DNA of 64,000 nucleotides from Perkinsus olseni (Eukaryota): NCBI GenBank assembly GCA_013115125.1, contig JABANN010000036.1, positions 1 to 64,000 of the forward strand, read 5' to 3'. Shown piece by piece: positions 37,744 to 50,500 of this stretch (position 1 is its first letter; each line of letters starts with the position of its first letter). The notes under the pieces were generated by a model. It saw only the letters and a program-made list of their open reading frames with translations, ran no database searches and was not told where the DNA came from. The position numbers and the translations under genes were made by a program.

Positions 37744-40700
37744 CAGTCGAACGCAAAATCACTGAATCCGATTCAGTGAATCGTCAACAGCACTCAACCT
37801 TCGCACAACGAGCATCCTATGAAAGGACTTATCTGCGCTCAGGCGACACTTCGAGAACCGTATAGTGTTGAAACTTCCCGTATATTGCCGCGGTTGCAGA
37901 TCAACCGTTTCTACGGTTGCGACATCGGGCATCCGAAAATGAGAAAGTAATACGATAAGTAATGGGTATATGAGGCTGACTTTTTCGGATATGATATGGC
38001 GGATATCATCACTGATGAATCATCAGTGATGATTCATCAGTGGCGGTTTGTACTACGAACTTTGTAGCCAGATTAGGGCAAACACCAAAGACTTCAACGG
38101 CAACACTTATACGAGAGTACCACAGACGAGACGAGACATGCACATTCCAGTGCCCGAAAATGTCTTACCAGCACGAAGGTGGATGAAATGGCTGATTCGT
38201 CCGGTGCTGAGGACTACGGAATTCCATCTCGAGCCAAAATCGCACAATTCTGGATGTGCTTACGGTCAACCAACTGGGAACCGATCGTACCCGTGATGCT
38301 TGCATAGGCAGGGATGTTTCATGGAGGAGTGGGTGGTCCTGTCATAGGATTCCTATGTGGCTAGATGTACCCCTAGTAGTGGTCCGTTACTGAGTAGTCG
38401 TTTCTTTTCCGTAAGTCTCTGGTCTGCTCCGAAATGGCAAGATTGTACGTTTCTTCTCTCCCAGGTTCTGCCGAGTGAGCAAGTGCGGAAGCTCCTTTCC
38501 GCAAGTTCAGGCTCCGCGGCAGAGCTCCAGCCACTTTGAAGTTCCCACCAATGTTTGTTACTATTCGTGTCACGGACTCCGTGACTAGTTCTGCCTTACA
38601 GACTCTAAAGTCAGAGCTGTAAGTGTGGGACTCCAGTCGACCTCCGTTCAGCTTCAAGCTTCCCCAAGACTCGACGACCGTACTCTGAAGGCTAGGTTAC
38701 AAGACAGGATCGCAATTAGATGAACACTAACCGACCAATGCACTGTGACGTCGGTCTCTCTGTCCGGCTTCTCCTCGCTCGGCTCCGGAACTTCGGACCT
38801 GCGGAATTAACATTCCAGAAGCCACCGAGCCACTCTCTCAACCAAGAATGATCCTCACACCTTCGCCTCAATGGCGTTCCTGATCGCATCCGAGATCAGG
38901 TGAGCAAGGATAGGCATTTCGACTACGTCGACGACCGTGTGAGAGAACCGCTGCTGCTGTCTGGGCAGCACTGTCAACATGATTCTACTGCCCTATTGTA
39001 CGAACAGGATGTAGTCGACCAACGCATGAGTGTTGTAGCAATATCGATCCTGCTCAACCAGGAAGCACAAATACTTATGACTGCTGGTGGCGGCACAGAC
39101 CATCTATATATATTCCGCAATACCGAGGATGAACACAGCTTCACCCGAGTGCCGCTGGCTGCTGCTGCAGCAGCCCAACAGAGATAGTGTCACTGGACTA
39201 CCACTTGCGAAAAACAACTGCATCAGGCAATCGCGACTCTTTACCCAGACTCTGGGTTCAAGAACTGTGCTACAACTACCGAGGCCGTTCGACAACGGGT
39301 CATGAAGATTCGATGACCTGTAGCATCAACCGGACCAAGAATGGGTCTGCGGCAGACCGTCTGCCGAGAGCTAACTCTGGGGCGTCATCTGATGACAGTC
39401 ATCGACCATATCCTTTGGGAAAGGTGAAACGACTTGGCAGCATCGATGCTGACCTCTAATAGGGTAGTATACTCATGGGCCGATAATCGGACACTGCTTC
39501 TACCGCAGGAACGCCCACGCACGTTGGCGGAGGCTCCGCCGCGGAGCCATAGGCATGCACCAGCAACATCCGCAGGAACGGACCCGCATGCGTTGCACAT
39601 TTGTTTGCGTCCTCAATCACAGTGCTATCGCACTTCGTCTTGCCAAGGATTACAATGTCTAAGGCACTGGACCGAGCTAGCCTCAACAGCCACAACATCG
39701 GGTCGATAGTGACAGTGACAGTGTCACTGTCATGATGCTCATCAGATCACGACGTGGTCACCACGAGTTAACATCTCATCCCACCGAGATTTGATGAAGA
39801 GCTCATGAACGAATCCACTCTCATCACAGCAGCATCTACTTCGGATTCACCATTGCTGAGCACAACCGTTGACAGTCGAAGCTGGACTAAAATCTCTCCT
39901 ATCAAAGCTACTTAGTTGATTGCTGAGTCGATGGGCAAATAGATAGCCTGCTCCCCCGATTTCCAGCAAGTGTCAATGAATCGAAGCTACCACTCACTCT
40001 GGCTTTCCGATGAGAGGCAATTAGAGCACCTCTACATCATGGGGATGAGACGTTACCCAAGATATCAACACTGTGACGATCGAGGACGACGGACGATGGG
40101 GACCCTCGAGGACTTGCCGCGGTCACTGCTGAAACTCAACATATTAAATAACGCAGCTTGACAAAATCGGAGCGAAGCTGCTTCACGACATCGCCCAATT
40201 CTTCACAGCTTTACCCACGAAAAGGCCGGGTCTAGTGCGAGGTAGATGCTCCAGGACTGAGAGGGTAGAAACATCGCCAGTGATGTTTCTATCGCGTCGT
40301 ACCGTGCACTGCACGGTACGACTGCAGATCATGCATAAGTTGACTATGATTATGCAAGCTGTCAATGAGAGCTGGAAAGATCGGACTACCAGAAGTCACA
40401 TAAGGAACGTGAACATCCCGCTACGCTCAGCTGCACCCTCCTCCATGTCCTGCACCCTTCGGGGTCAGAAACTACTATGTGAACCCCGCCTGTGCTAACT
40501 CAACAGGAGCGTGCTACAAAATTCTTCGGCTGAAGCGTCGACGTGTGTTTCGTTAGACGTGTTCCGTTTCGATACTGTCATAAGTTTGAAATCATGCTGT
40601 TACCAGGCTTGCATAGAGGAGGCTGCTCGTGTCTACCGTGGCAGCGCCCACCGAAGATCTAGCTCCGGCTCATGAACCCTTATGAAGTACTCTGGTGTCC

Positions 40701-40954
40701 GCCATGACCATATCTGTTGCGTTGCATAGAGTAAGGGTCAGTACACTAGTACGCAGCTCTTGTATCAAAACACGTGCACGCAGAGGAAAGGGCGGTCACT
40801 GGTACAATCGACAGAGCGAGCTGATAACCCCACGCGGTTGTCCAAGTTCTGACGTGTTCTACCATGTTGTTCTCGCGGAAACCAAGGATGATGTATCTAA
40901 TTCATCTCCATTACGGGTACTCCACTGATGAACGCAAGATGAAATCATGTGAAG

Positions 40955-42000
40955 TTATATCGGGTGTGCTTCAGCATCGAATTGTACGACGGAGGCTCGC
41001 CTGGGCTGCTTCAGTGGAGGACAGTTCTCTTCGGGAGGGTAGGAGTCGTCGTAGAATGAGACGCCTGATGAAAGGAGAACAAAACGAAACACGCGGAGGA
41101 ATCGCCCACCTTTGCGGCTCGACGGTCGGCGTTTCCGTCCTTTCCTGGATCTGGGAGATGAGTTGCCCAAACTCGATTGACAGTCGGAGGAAGCTGCCGA
41201 CACCCGCCGGTTGATCTCTGTATTGAAGGCCCTGAGAAATGATCACATTAAGGACACTCTTCAGAGGTTAGACACTCACGTCGCAGACCGGCTATCGTTA
41301 CTATCGGTATCCCCCTCCGTCGCCGCGCTGCTACTGAGGAACTGACCTCGTCTGAGCAAGGCTTGGGGCGTGAGCCTTGAGTAGTCTCCCAACGATAAGG
41401 TGGCAGTGTGTGAATCACCGAGGTGGAGGACCGATTCGGGCTGAAAGCAAAAGCTCCCACAAAAATCATTTCTTATACCGTCTCACATCCCATCGGACAG
41501 CCTCCCCGTATTCTAGCGTGAGCCATTCATCGTCGTCAATTGTTGGTCCTAGTCGAACCGGAACGGAGGTCTCCTCAGGGCCGAGCTGCCTCGAACGAGC
41601 AGGGTCGGGTTCGCGAAAGACCGTGTCGATGGCTGAGTCCGGGTCGTCCGTATCCCCCGCAGGGCGCAGCAGCATGATGTAGACGTCGGCGCCGTTCTCG
41701 TGATTGAAGAGGGCGAGTCGGACGTTGGCGTCCATCCCGCAGATGGGGATGGTGCCGGGCTCGTCTAGGTCACGCGAGGGTCTGTCGGAGCCTATCAGGA
41801 CGTAGTGCCTGGAGTAAAGCAAGCGCTTCCAGCGTGTGGACAACGGAGGAGCCTCACCCGAGCTCTCCAACACAATGGCTCTGGACTACCCCGCCCATCC
41901 ACGAGATAGTGATCACTCTATCTTCAATCACACTACCAGGTCTAGCGGACCAGTAAGGCAGATGCAGGCGTGTGAGAGGGTAGGGGGGACAATCCCATAT
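40955..42000 (-). CDS. Hypothetical gene, copy 2 (intactness unclear)
   Basis: Homolog of 31767-32964; its ORF runs on through GPEETSVPVRLGPTIDDDEWLTLEYGEAVRWDV. Confidence 0.45.
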
Positions 42001-42539
42001 CATCAGAGTCAGAATCGCCTTCAAAACGATGAACTTATACGATCACAGGTCTTTTATTTTCAAGCAAAAGGTGAAGGTTTGTCCTTGGCGCTTTTGAGAG
42101 CCCCGTGTGAGTGAACGCCTCCTCGCAAATTCGGAACCCGCACAACGGGATAAGGACAGGGTGTCCCAAGTGGCTAGTAGCAAGCATGAATTCCCTTGTC
42201 AATTCCTTGTTATTTTCCCTCAACTCAACTTGTTCCCGCTGATAAGACGCAGAGCAAATGAATACTTTTGCCAGGATTTAGAACTTGAGAAGCGGGAGTA
42301 TTCCGGCAACGACACGCAAGCACACTAAATGCTGAGAGGGATGCACAACCAACAGATGTCAGTGAGCTAAGGTCACCACCATCGTGCGTATATATTACAC
42401 AAACAGTAGATGATCGAGAAAGCAAAAGAATACTTCTGTTTTGGTAAGCTTCGGCAAAGCATTGCTCCACGCCGCTGGCGTGTACACCATTAGGCTAAGC
42501 GCCCTGGCTGGAATCGTAGCGTGCGTAGTAGAGGACGGA

Positions 42540-43490
42540 TCCAGAATCTGGCAAAACAATGCGAATGGCGTATCGAGGACGAGGGAGTTAGCAATCCGCT
42601 GGAACGCCTTTTTGTCAACACGTTCCCGAATCGGCGATAACTTCCCAGGTCTTACCTAGCACTTTCACAAATTTTGACTTCTCATACACAGCGATAGCAG
42701 GGAGGTTAGTGGCGAAAACGTACAAGTACATAGCGACTAGCTTTGGATGGTCTTCGCGAAGCTGGAAGGAAACGGTGAATAGATTAGCTATAAACCAAAA
42801 TGTCGATCAGGAGGCCGATCTTCGATAGCGGTTCTCTTGGCGGACTCACCTGCTTGAAGGTCGCCGACAATATAGCTTTCCCTATCCCCTTCCCTCTTTG
42901 AGATGGGGCTACTTCAACCTGAAGATCTGGACGCTCGCCGATGACTGTCAGGCAAAGCTCCCCAATCTACATAGTTTATGTAGCCAATGATTCCGTCCTT
43001 TATCTTCTTGCTTGGTTCGGGCCTGTAGAAAGGACGACTTATCGGAAGGGATAGTTCGTACTAATTAACCGCAAATTCCCACTCACATCTTCGCTCTGAT
43101 TGCATCTTCTACCTTCTTCTCGATCGAGCTTGCAGGGACAGTCATCACGACCACGGCGACGACATTCTGAAGGAAAGCTTGCGCAGTTTCGCGCCTCATG
43201 TGTATGTAAGACGAAGCATCTTAGGTGCTGCTCCAACAATTGCCACACCTACTTATGTGAGCTGCCAGCTGCACATATCTGCCCAGCTCAAGCGCTAGTG
43301 GGGTTGGTCTCACCTTAGTTCCGCTCTCCACTCCGACAATACAGGGTTGCGGAGCGGCACACAGAGGGGACCAATCATGCCCGAAAAGCTCGAAAGTGTC
43401 GTCAGCTTGGTATGCGCGATAGGCCACTTTAGCTGCTACTGCCCTGAAGGCGAATAACAACCAGACCAGAGAGTGGTTGGACAACCCCAT
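42540..43490 (-). pseudogene. GNAT-family acetyltransferase with a hydrophobic leader, copy 2 (probably degraded)
   Basis: Leader MGLSNHSLVWLLFAFRAVAA then KVAYRAY; C-terminal KLVAMYLYVFATNLPAIAVYEKSKF. 3' end approximate. Confidence 0.6.
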
Positions 43491-45613
43491 TGTCGACGAA
43501 ACGGAAGCTGACTGTGGATTCGCATCAAGTACCCAGGAATAGGTTTTGAGACGCTCGGACCATAACCCAGTGCACTGCAGCTACTTGAGTCGGGGATCAA
43601 AGAATTACGAAAGCGATCTCGTTTTCGACTTAAGGGGAGCGTATGCTTGTAAGACGTGAGTCACTGGGACGAACACGGATTTCCTGGATTTCCGGCCGTG
43701 CAATTAATGTAAGTGGAGTCCATTGAGATTGATTCCCGAAAACGGTGGCCTCAATCCCGAAATTAGACCCCCTATTCGAGGTCACCGCTAAGCTGACCTC
43801 GTCACTCTACAATTTTATCTCCCTACTCCGACCCTACCGCTAAGCCGCTGTCTCGCTCGCTAATGTGATATCCTCGAGCGCTGGCATGACGGCCTCGCTC
43901 GCCCAGAGCGCTGGCATAAGGGCCTCAACCGAGGCCGAATAGACCTCTGCTACTGAATGGTACAAAATGCACCTACAGAACACTAAGCACTCTCTGAAGA
44001 GCAGATCCTCAGCAGCCCACACTGTGAAATGTATTCGCCGCTGACGTGTCCCTTGTGAGGGCCGTCCCGATGTACCCGGTGTCTACTTCCCGCCCGAGCT
44101 AGTATTAGGGCGGAACCGCAGAACGCTCATGTCGATAACAGCAGCAAACCTGTATGATAGCAGGTAACAGCGGTGCAAACCGCCTCAGAATGATTGACAT
44201 ATATGCAGGACGATAAGATCTCTGTGGCTTATCCGCAGTTGCTCACAGTCAACACAAGACTGAAAGGAAAGTGGATATCTTTTTCTAGTTCTCTCAAGTT
44301 CACTCTCGCGAGGAGAATATGCAGCTATGCATGCATACACAAGACGAATGGTGCATAATGACAAAATTATTAACGGGTAACAGACTCAGCAGCTCATCCC
44401 GAATGTGTCGTGCATACGTGTGTATCAAGACAATTCAAAGGTCAGAAGAGTTGCAAGCATAGTAACTGGCATAGCGAGCAATAATATTCCTCAAAATTAT
44501 TGCATGGGAAAGCAAAAGCGAAGATAAGAAAATAAAAAAACGCGACCTCACCTTCTGCACTGGTGTGCCCGACAATGACTCCGTGGCAGACTCACGTTAC
44601 AGGGGATGCTTGCCAGTCGGTCAAGGTCACGTTTCGACCAGAGTCGGGTTTAGGGGGGCGGCGGTCAGTACTCTACTGGGTCTTGGTCAACTTTTTAAAA
44701 CGCCTACCAGCCTTCATTTTCTTCTGTGGCCATTCCACGCCACCCCTCCGCGACTTGTGCGAGCGAAGTTTTGTCCATGACTATTCACCGACTTCCGTGA
44801 TTATTCCCTTCCATCCGACGAGCAACGGCCGGAGCAAGTGCCCTAGGTAATCTATGTCCATGGGTCTATTAAATAATACTGATATAATATATAAAATAAT
44901 TCGGCAACAACGTCCGGTCGCAGCCCGCTGCAGTGATTGGCCATCAATTCAAACACCGCAAGAGCTATCCCGGGGAACCACTACGTGTCAGTACTTAGAT
45001 GGGGGCGGAGAACGGAAGATTGTTCCGGAAAGAACCGTCCCGAGCTACTCTATGAATCTATCGGTACTGCCACAGCCGACATGAAGGCCTCTATCGCAGT
45101 CTCGAAAGATAAGTATGCTTTTATTCGGCTCGCTCATGTGAGCTTCTAGCTGACACTACCGAATACCCACTCTGCCTTAGCTGCATCAGCGACGAGCCTC
45201 ACTTTGAGAGTACATCGAAACACAACTTGTCGGTTTGACATGGGGACAACATCAATTATCATGAGAACAGCCGAGGAGCAACTGGGCGAAAACACGGGAT
45301 ACGTAGTGGGAACATTCCCTCATCAATCCCTGACTGCTTCTCCTCAGCTCAACTTGCTGACGCTAAGAAAAAGCGGAATAAATGACTACTCTTGCCGGGA
45401 ACTGTACTTACAGGCTGTAAGTTACAGCTACTGAAGTCTCGAGAAGGGAACAACTCGAGGAGCGGGAGTATTTAATGCTCGGTAAGGACAACCACTGCAA
45501 CAAGACGATTCAGCCACTAACTGGTAGAGAGTTCCCAGAGAGACTGCCCATGCTCGGCCCAAGCAAGACATGCATGCCGCAACGACACGCAAGAACACTA
45601 AAGTGCTGAGAGG

Positions 45614-46020
45614 TACGGGTTTTACACCGAGGCTCTAACGCGCTATAACGCGTAGTACGCGTGACGGCGTTACAAAACGCGTTGAGCACTACACTGCGCA
45701 GTCTACACGTATGATCATTCGCAGGCGTTGTACCGCTTTAGAACGCGCTGGAACCGGCAAGAGCGCGTATCGAGCAGCTACTGTATCAGCAAACGGGTAT
45801 AGGCTTGGGGCTGTGATAGTTATCATGTGCATACATGAGGACATGTGACGTTGAGTTTGTAGTCGGGCGAGTATCCGCTCTCACAGCGGCGGGTTCCTGC
45901 TGGAAGAATTGTAATTCCTGTACGTAACACCAAGCGCAAAGTGGTAACGCGTTTTGCACCCAGCGTGTCCAACACGTTTCGCGTTTCACGCGTTATAAGC
46001 TGCATTTGACGACATAGCGG
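45614..46020. mobile_element. Putative non-autonomous, MITE-like ACGCG-rich element
   Basis: Homology to ~42330 breaks at ~45614. Nested inverted blocks TATAACGCGT (45644)/ACGCGTTATA (45988) and CAAAACGCGTT (45673)/AACGCGTTTTG (45946). No clear TSD found. Confidence 0.35.
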
Positions 46021-46539
46021 CACGCGTGCTCGCATGGCATATGCGGGAGCTCTTCTCAAGAGGCTCACCCTTGATGCTAAGGGACCTGGTGCGGCGGAAG
46101 CAGAGCCTAGGTTGAAAGCCATACTCACCGCCCAGCGTCTCTGCCACCATTGCGCCAAGTATGCACTGCTCCCAGGCACTCGGTTCTGTAGTGGTACATC
46201 AAACTGCCTGCGCAAGCAGTAGGAGCGGATCTGGTCACGAATCACACCCCTTGGTACCCGGACACAGGCTACATGTTCGTGCTGGCCGCTTCCAGTGCCT
46301 CTCTCAACCCTGACATCTTTTTGTGGAATTCCTGCAGCGTCCGTTGAAATTGGTCGCCGAAAACGGTGGCCTTATTCGCGGAATTGGGCTCCCTATTGTG
46401 CCACTAACTGCCTCATTATAAGAACGAGAGATAACGTGGGATAATTCCAAAATTATATCTCCCTACTCCGACCCTACCGCCAAGCCGCTGTCTTACTCGT
46501 TAATGTGATATCCTCGAGCGCTGGCATGGCGGCCGCACC

Positions 46540-46750
46540 CATACTCACCAGGCTGGTACCTGCGATAGAACACTGCATCAAGCGAGCACAGGCTGTGCTG
46601 CACAGCGGATGCTCTTTCAGTCACGAACGAGCCCCAGAGGACCAGCTAACGCTGTGACCGAAAGTAAATCAGAGAAAAAATAGGCGAGCAGCCAGATCTT
46701 CGACGAAGCAAAAGCCCACTCAAGAGTTGGTACAAGTACTGACGGTCATT
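46540..46750 (-). pseudogene. 5' fragment of the GNAT family
   Basis: Encodes LDAVFYRRYQPG, compared with LDAVVYRKYQSG at ~54890-54925; flanking DNA is similar to 54890-55083. Confidence 0.55.
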
Positions 46751-47229
46751 CGACGACGGTTTGTAAAGAGTCCTTGAACTGCAGTATCTTCCCGCCTGAA
46801 CGGCTGTTGGGCACAAGGCACATACCTGAGGCAGCAAGGATGGCGTTGCGGCAACTACGCGGGAGCCCTCATACTCGCTCGGGTTGGAGCTATCAACAGT
46901 AGCTTCAAGTTACCGCTGTGGCCTTGAGTCACCGAAACACTGAGCTTCGTCCAGTCTCGAGCTACTATCTGATACAAACGAATACGGTGTACGGAATATC
47001 CATTCCACCTGAGCGGCATCATCAGCGACGTGCCACACTTTGAGAGTACATCAAAACTCAACGGCTTTGACGTGAGAGCAACATCAATTCTCATGGTAAC
47101 AGCCGAGGAACAACTGAGCGAAGACGGGGGATGAAATTCTTCGGGACGGCGCGGTGCGAGTGCAATAAAAAAAGTGTTCACACGAGATTAGTGCCATCTG
47201 CACCGATTGCTATCAGATACATGTATGTA

Positions 47230-48653
47230 GCATCAGTCCTCGTACTTCATCGTACCATTCATCAACCCATGGAAAACATTGATGAGGTTGACCAAAAACA
47301 TGTTATTTGCCTCCGAGGATACATACCGGACCGGCCACGTATCAGGGGTGCTATTGCCACGAGTATGTAAGACTTAGTTACTGTAAGAAGCGAGTTGTCT
47401 GTGATAAGTCTTAGTATACTCCTCCCGCCACCAGCAGTAGACCGTCTCAGACGCAGCCTCCTCAGCGTTGGACAGCAAGTCGTACAGCCTGTCCGCGTTC
47501 AGCTTGGGCTTGACAAGCCTAGTAAGAACGGCAAAATTCGAGGAGCGGAACAACACAATGGCAGAACAGGTGTATTGTGGGACGAACACTGTGCTTCGAA
47601 TTGTCGCGAGAGCCTTAATGGATCCCGGGCCCGTCTCTCTTTCTCTATGGCTACCAGGAAGCAGAAGCAGCTGCCACCGAGAATGGGCGATCGCCGCAGC
47701 TAGGAGTGTGGATACTCACTAGAATTCCAAGACATAACCGATTATAATTCCTGCTAGCCTGCCAAGACGGGACTCCTGTCACGGGAGGCATTCCTAGCCT
47801 TGATCCGAAAGGCGGCTTCACTTGTTTCGTTTGACCTACCGTTTAAATTTGTCCGTAGTTGTAGTTAGTTTTGCACTGAAAGCTGTAAGCCTGAAGCCTG
47901 GTCGACGTCTGATCTCCTCAAGTAGACCAAGCAATGGAGAGACTGAGGTTCAAGCACGCAGTCATCTAGTTGACCCGATGTGCTTTGATCTCACTATGTT
48001 GTTCTGCTTGCTCCGTACTCCGTCTTCAACGTACAGCTTGCTGTCATCTGCGAACTTTTGCACGTACTCCTGCAGGGTTCTCAAACCGAAACTGCGCATC
48101 AGGTGCCTCTTGAGAGGCGATGGAGTCATCGCTGTGGGATTCGCTCCCTGCCGGAAGCCTTTCATCTGGAAGTTATTGAATTCTCCTAACGCTTCTTGGT
48201 CGAACAATGCGTCGAAGAGGATGCAGCTGTTGTTCCTGAGAATGCGAGTATCCGGGAAAGTTGCTTCGACAATCATCACCTGAGAGGATACTTCACGCGT
48301 GACACGTCGATAACGCAAAGTTGTCCATCTTCCGGCCGCTCGAGATATCCAATGACAGTCTGAGAGAGAACTTGCGGAAAGGCAAGACACACAGGTAGCC
48401 GAGACCCATCATATAACGACAGAGCTATGAAGCTATCCATGAAAAGATACGATAAGGATATGAATCGGTATGAAGATACCCGGACAAGAGGCTGACACAC
48501 CTCCGTCATTTCCTCGTCGTCGTAGAAAGTTATGGACTTTCTGGCTGGGACGTCGGCGTTCACAAGTCTGCTGCGGAGAGCAGCTTCATACGACGATGAT
48601 ACTAATGAGGCCGTGAGTATCACAACATGTGGCGTGACAACCTTCCGGGCCAT
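47230..48653 (-). pseudogene. Putative secreted-protein family member(s), paralogous to 36915-37743
   Basis: Leader MARKVVTPHVVILTASLVSSSYEAA at 48653; KPKLNADRLY...ETVYCWWREEYTKTY...LASYSN at 47374-47589. Confidence 0.45.
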
Positions 48654-49738
48654 CAGTAGAAGAGGAAACCTCTAAACAGTCAACAGAACTCCACCTCCGC
48701 ACAACAACAGCGGCTGTTGAACAGCCTCGGATGAATAGTTCATTAGATTTTCCGGCCCAGCGATACTGACTTCACGCATGCAAGGACCTCTCATCGCTCA
48801 GGACCGTTATTTTGAATATCTCATATTGTGAGGAGTTCCCGCTTATCGCCACGGCTGGTCATTAGCCACCTTCACTAGAGTTGCGGCGTTGGCCATCGGG
48901 TGCCCGGCATCCGGAATTGCAAAAGCAATACAAAAATATAATCGGACCGATATAATCAGTAGTGGTTCATCACGAGATCGCGACAGAGTCTGGCATAGTC
49001 AGCTCCAACAGCAATACTTCAACTTGCCACGCGACCGTTACAAAAAGCACTCAAGTGTCGCAGGCGAGGCAAGATGTACAGCTCTCAAGGGAGTGGGAGT
49101 TATCATCATCTCGGCCATCATCAGTAGCGTTTGCTTTGAAAGTCACAGGGAAGAGATACTCTGCACCTTTAGCTTACCCGCTTGGATCATAGTCAGCCCG
49201 ATCGTCGGTTACATCGCACTTGCCCGGACAGATCTTATCAGAGAGTATTTCAAGAAGCTTGACGATGTAGCTGATCCGCCTAGCGCTTAGGGTTACGAAA
49301 TCCCCGCTCGACTCCAAATCTGATGCGCTCAAAAGATGGCAAGATCGCAAGTATTTTCCTTTTCAGGTTTCAGCGCGCGAAAAAGTGCCGACCTTTACTG
49401 GCCTCCTGCTCTGGGCTAATAGTCCCGCTATAGGACTCTGGAGTTCAGAGCTGTGAGTGTGGGGCTCCAGTCGACCCAACTTGAGGACCCCGAGCCTCGG
49501 AGATCGTATCCTGAAAGCTACGTAACACGAGAGGATTGCGATTATATGACAAATCGCAATTGATTCCCGCATTTCGTCGAAATTTTAGTTATTTCGGGCG
49601 TAGCGGCGAGATCGATTTGGCGTGGCATAACGGCTTCCCGACGGAATCGACCTTACCAAATGCGAAATAGGATCTTAAAAGGTGTAGCATTAACAGCCAC
49701 GACGCCGAGTAAATAGTGACACCCCCGTAGTCATTAGA

Positions 49739-50500
49739 TCACGACGTGGTCATCACCTTACGTCGAGTCCACATCCTATCCCACGAAGATTTGATGAAGA
49801 CCTCACGAAAAAGTCTACTTTCATCACAGCAGGATGTGTCCCGGATTCCACCATTGCTGAGCACAGCCATCCACAGTCGAGGCTGAACTAATACCTTTGC
49901 TATCAAGTCCACTGAGTTGATAACTGAGTCGATGAGCGGATGAGATATCCTGCTTTCTCGATTTCCAGCAAGTGTTAATGACCCGAAGCCACCACTCACT
50001 CTGGCTTTTCGGTGAATCGCGATTCGAGCACCGGAGTCAAATTCCGATGGTAAGTGACTCACCGTGAGTCCTTTATTACGGTGAGAATACTGCAACGATC
50101 GAGGACGACGCTGGAGAGTAATGATTGACGTGAGGCCCACTCGTAGGAGACTCGAGGACTTGCCCATGGGGCGCTGCTGAAACACAACATATTGGATCGC
50201 GAGGCTTGACAAAATCGAAGCTGCTTCACGACATTGCCCAATTCTTCACAGCTTCACCCACAAAAAGGTCGGGCCTAGTGCGAGGTAGATGCTCCAGGAC
50301 TGAGAGGGTAGAAACATCACCAGTGAGCGGTCAAAGCCAGACTTACCCTCAGCAGAGTCAACGAAATCACCATTCTCAACTCTCGTATCAAGCAAGGCTT
50401 TCAGGACACCGACCGCTCCCTCGGTTGAGTCACGGAGTAGCAGCCAACGGAAGGGAGCTAGCGCGCTGTATAGTACACCTGGGAAACTACTGCAATCCAC
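49739..50500 (-). CDS. Hypothetical spliced gene spanning the right duplication breakpoint
   Basis: First exon MDCSSFPGVLYSALAPFRWLLLRD...SAEG lies outside the duplication. The downstream part has a diverged copy at ~39745-40283. Confidence 0.35.

Larger units (their letters stand above)
31150..50326. repeat. Tandem segmental duplication: unit 1 ~31150-40283, unit 2 ~40328-50326
   Basis: Both units start ATCATGCATAAGTTGACTATGATTATGCAAGC and end ...GGACTGAGAGGGTAGAAACATC(G/A)CCAGTGA. Homologous ORFs are colinear (31767/40955, 32442/41466, 34689/43221, 36032/44563, 36323/44854). Confidence 0.93.

Noticed and set aside
48889-49290. 133-codon hydrophobic plus-strand ORF
   Set aside because: It begins at a non-ATG codon, has no recognisable family, and the corresponding region in unit 1 does not keep the frame.
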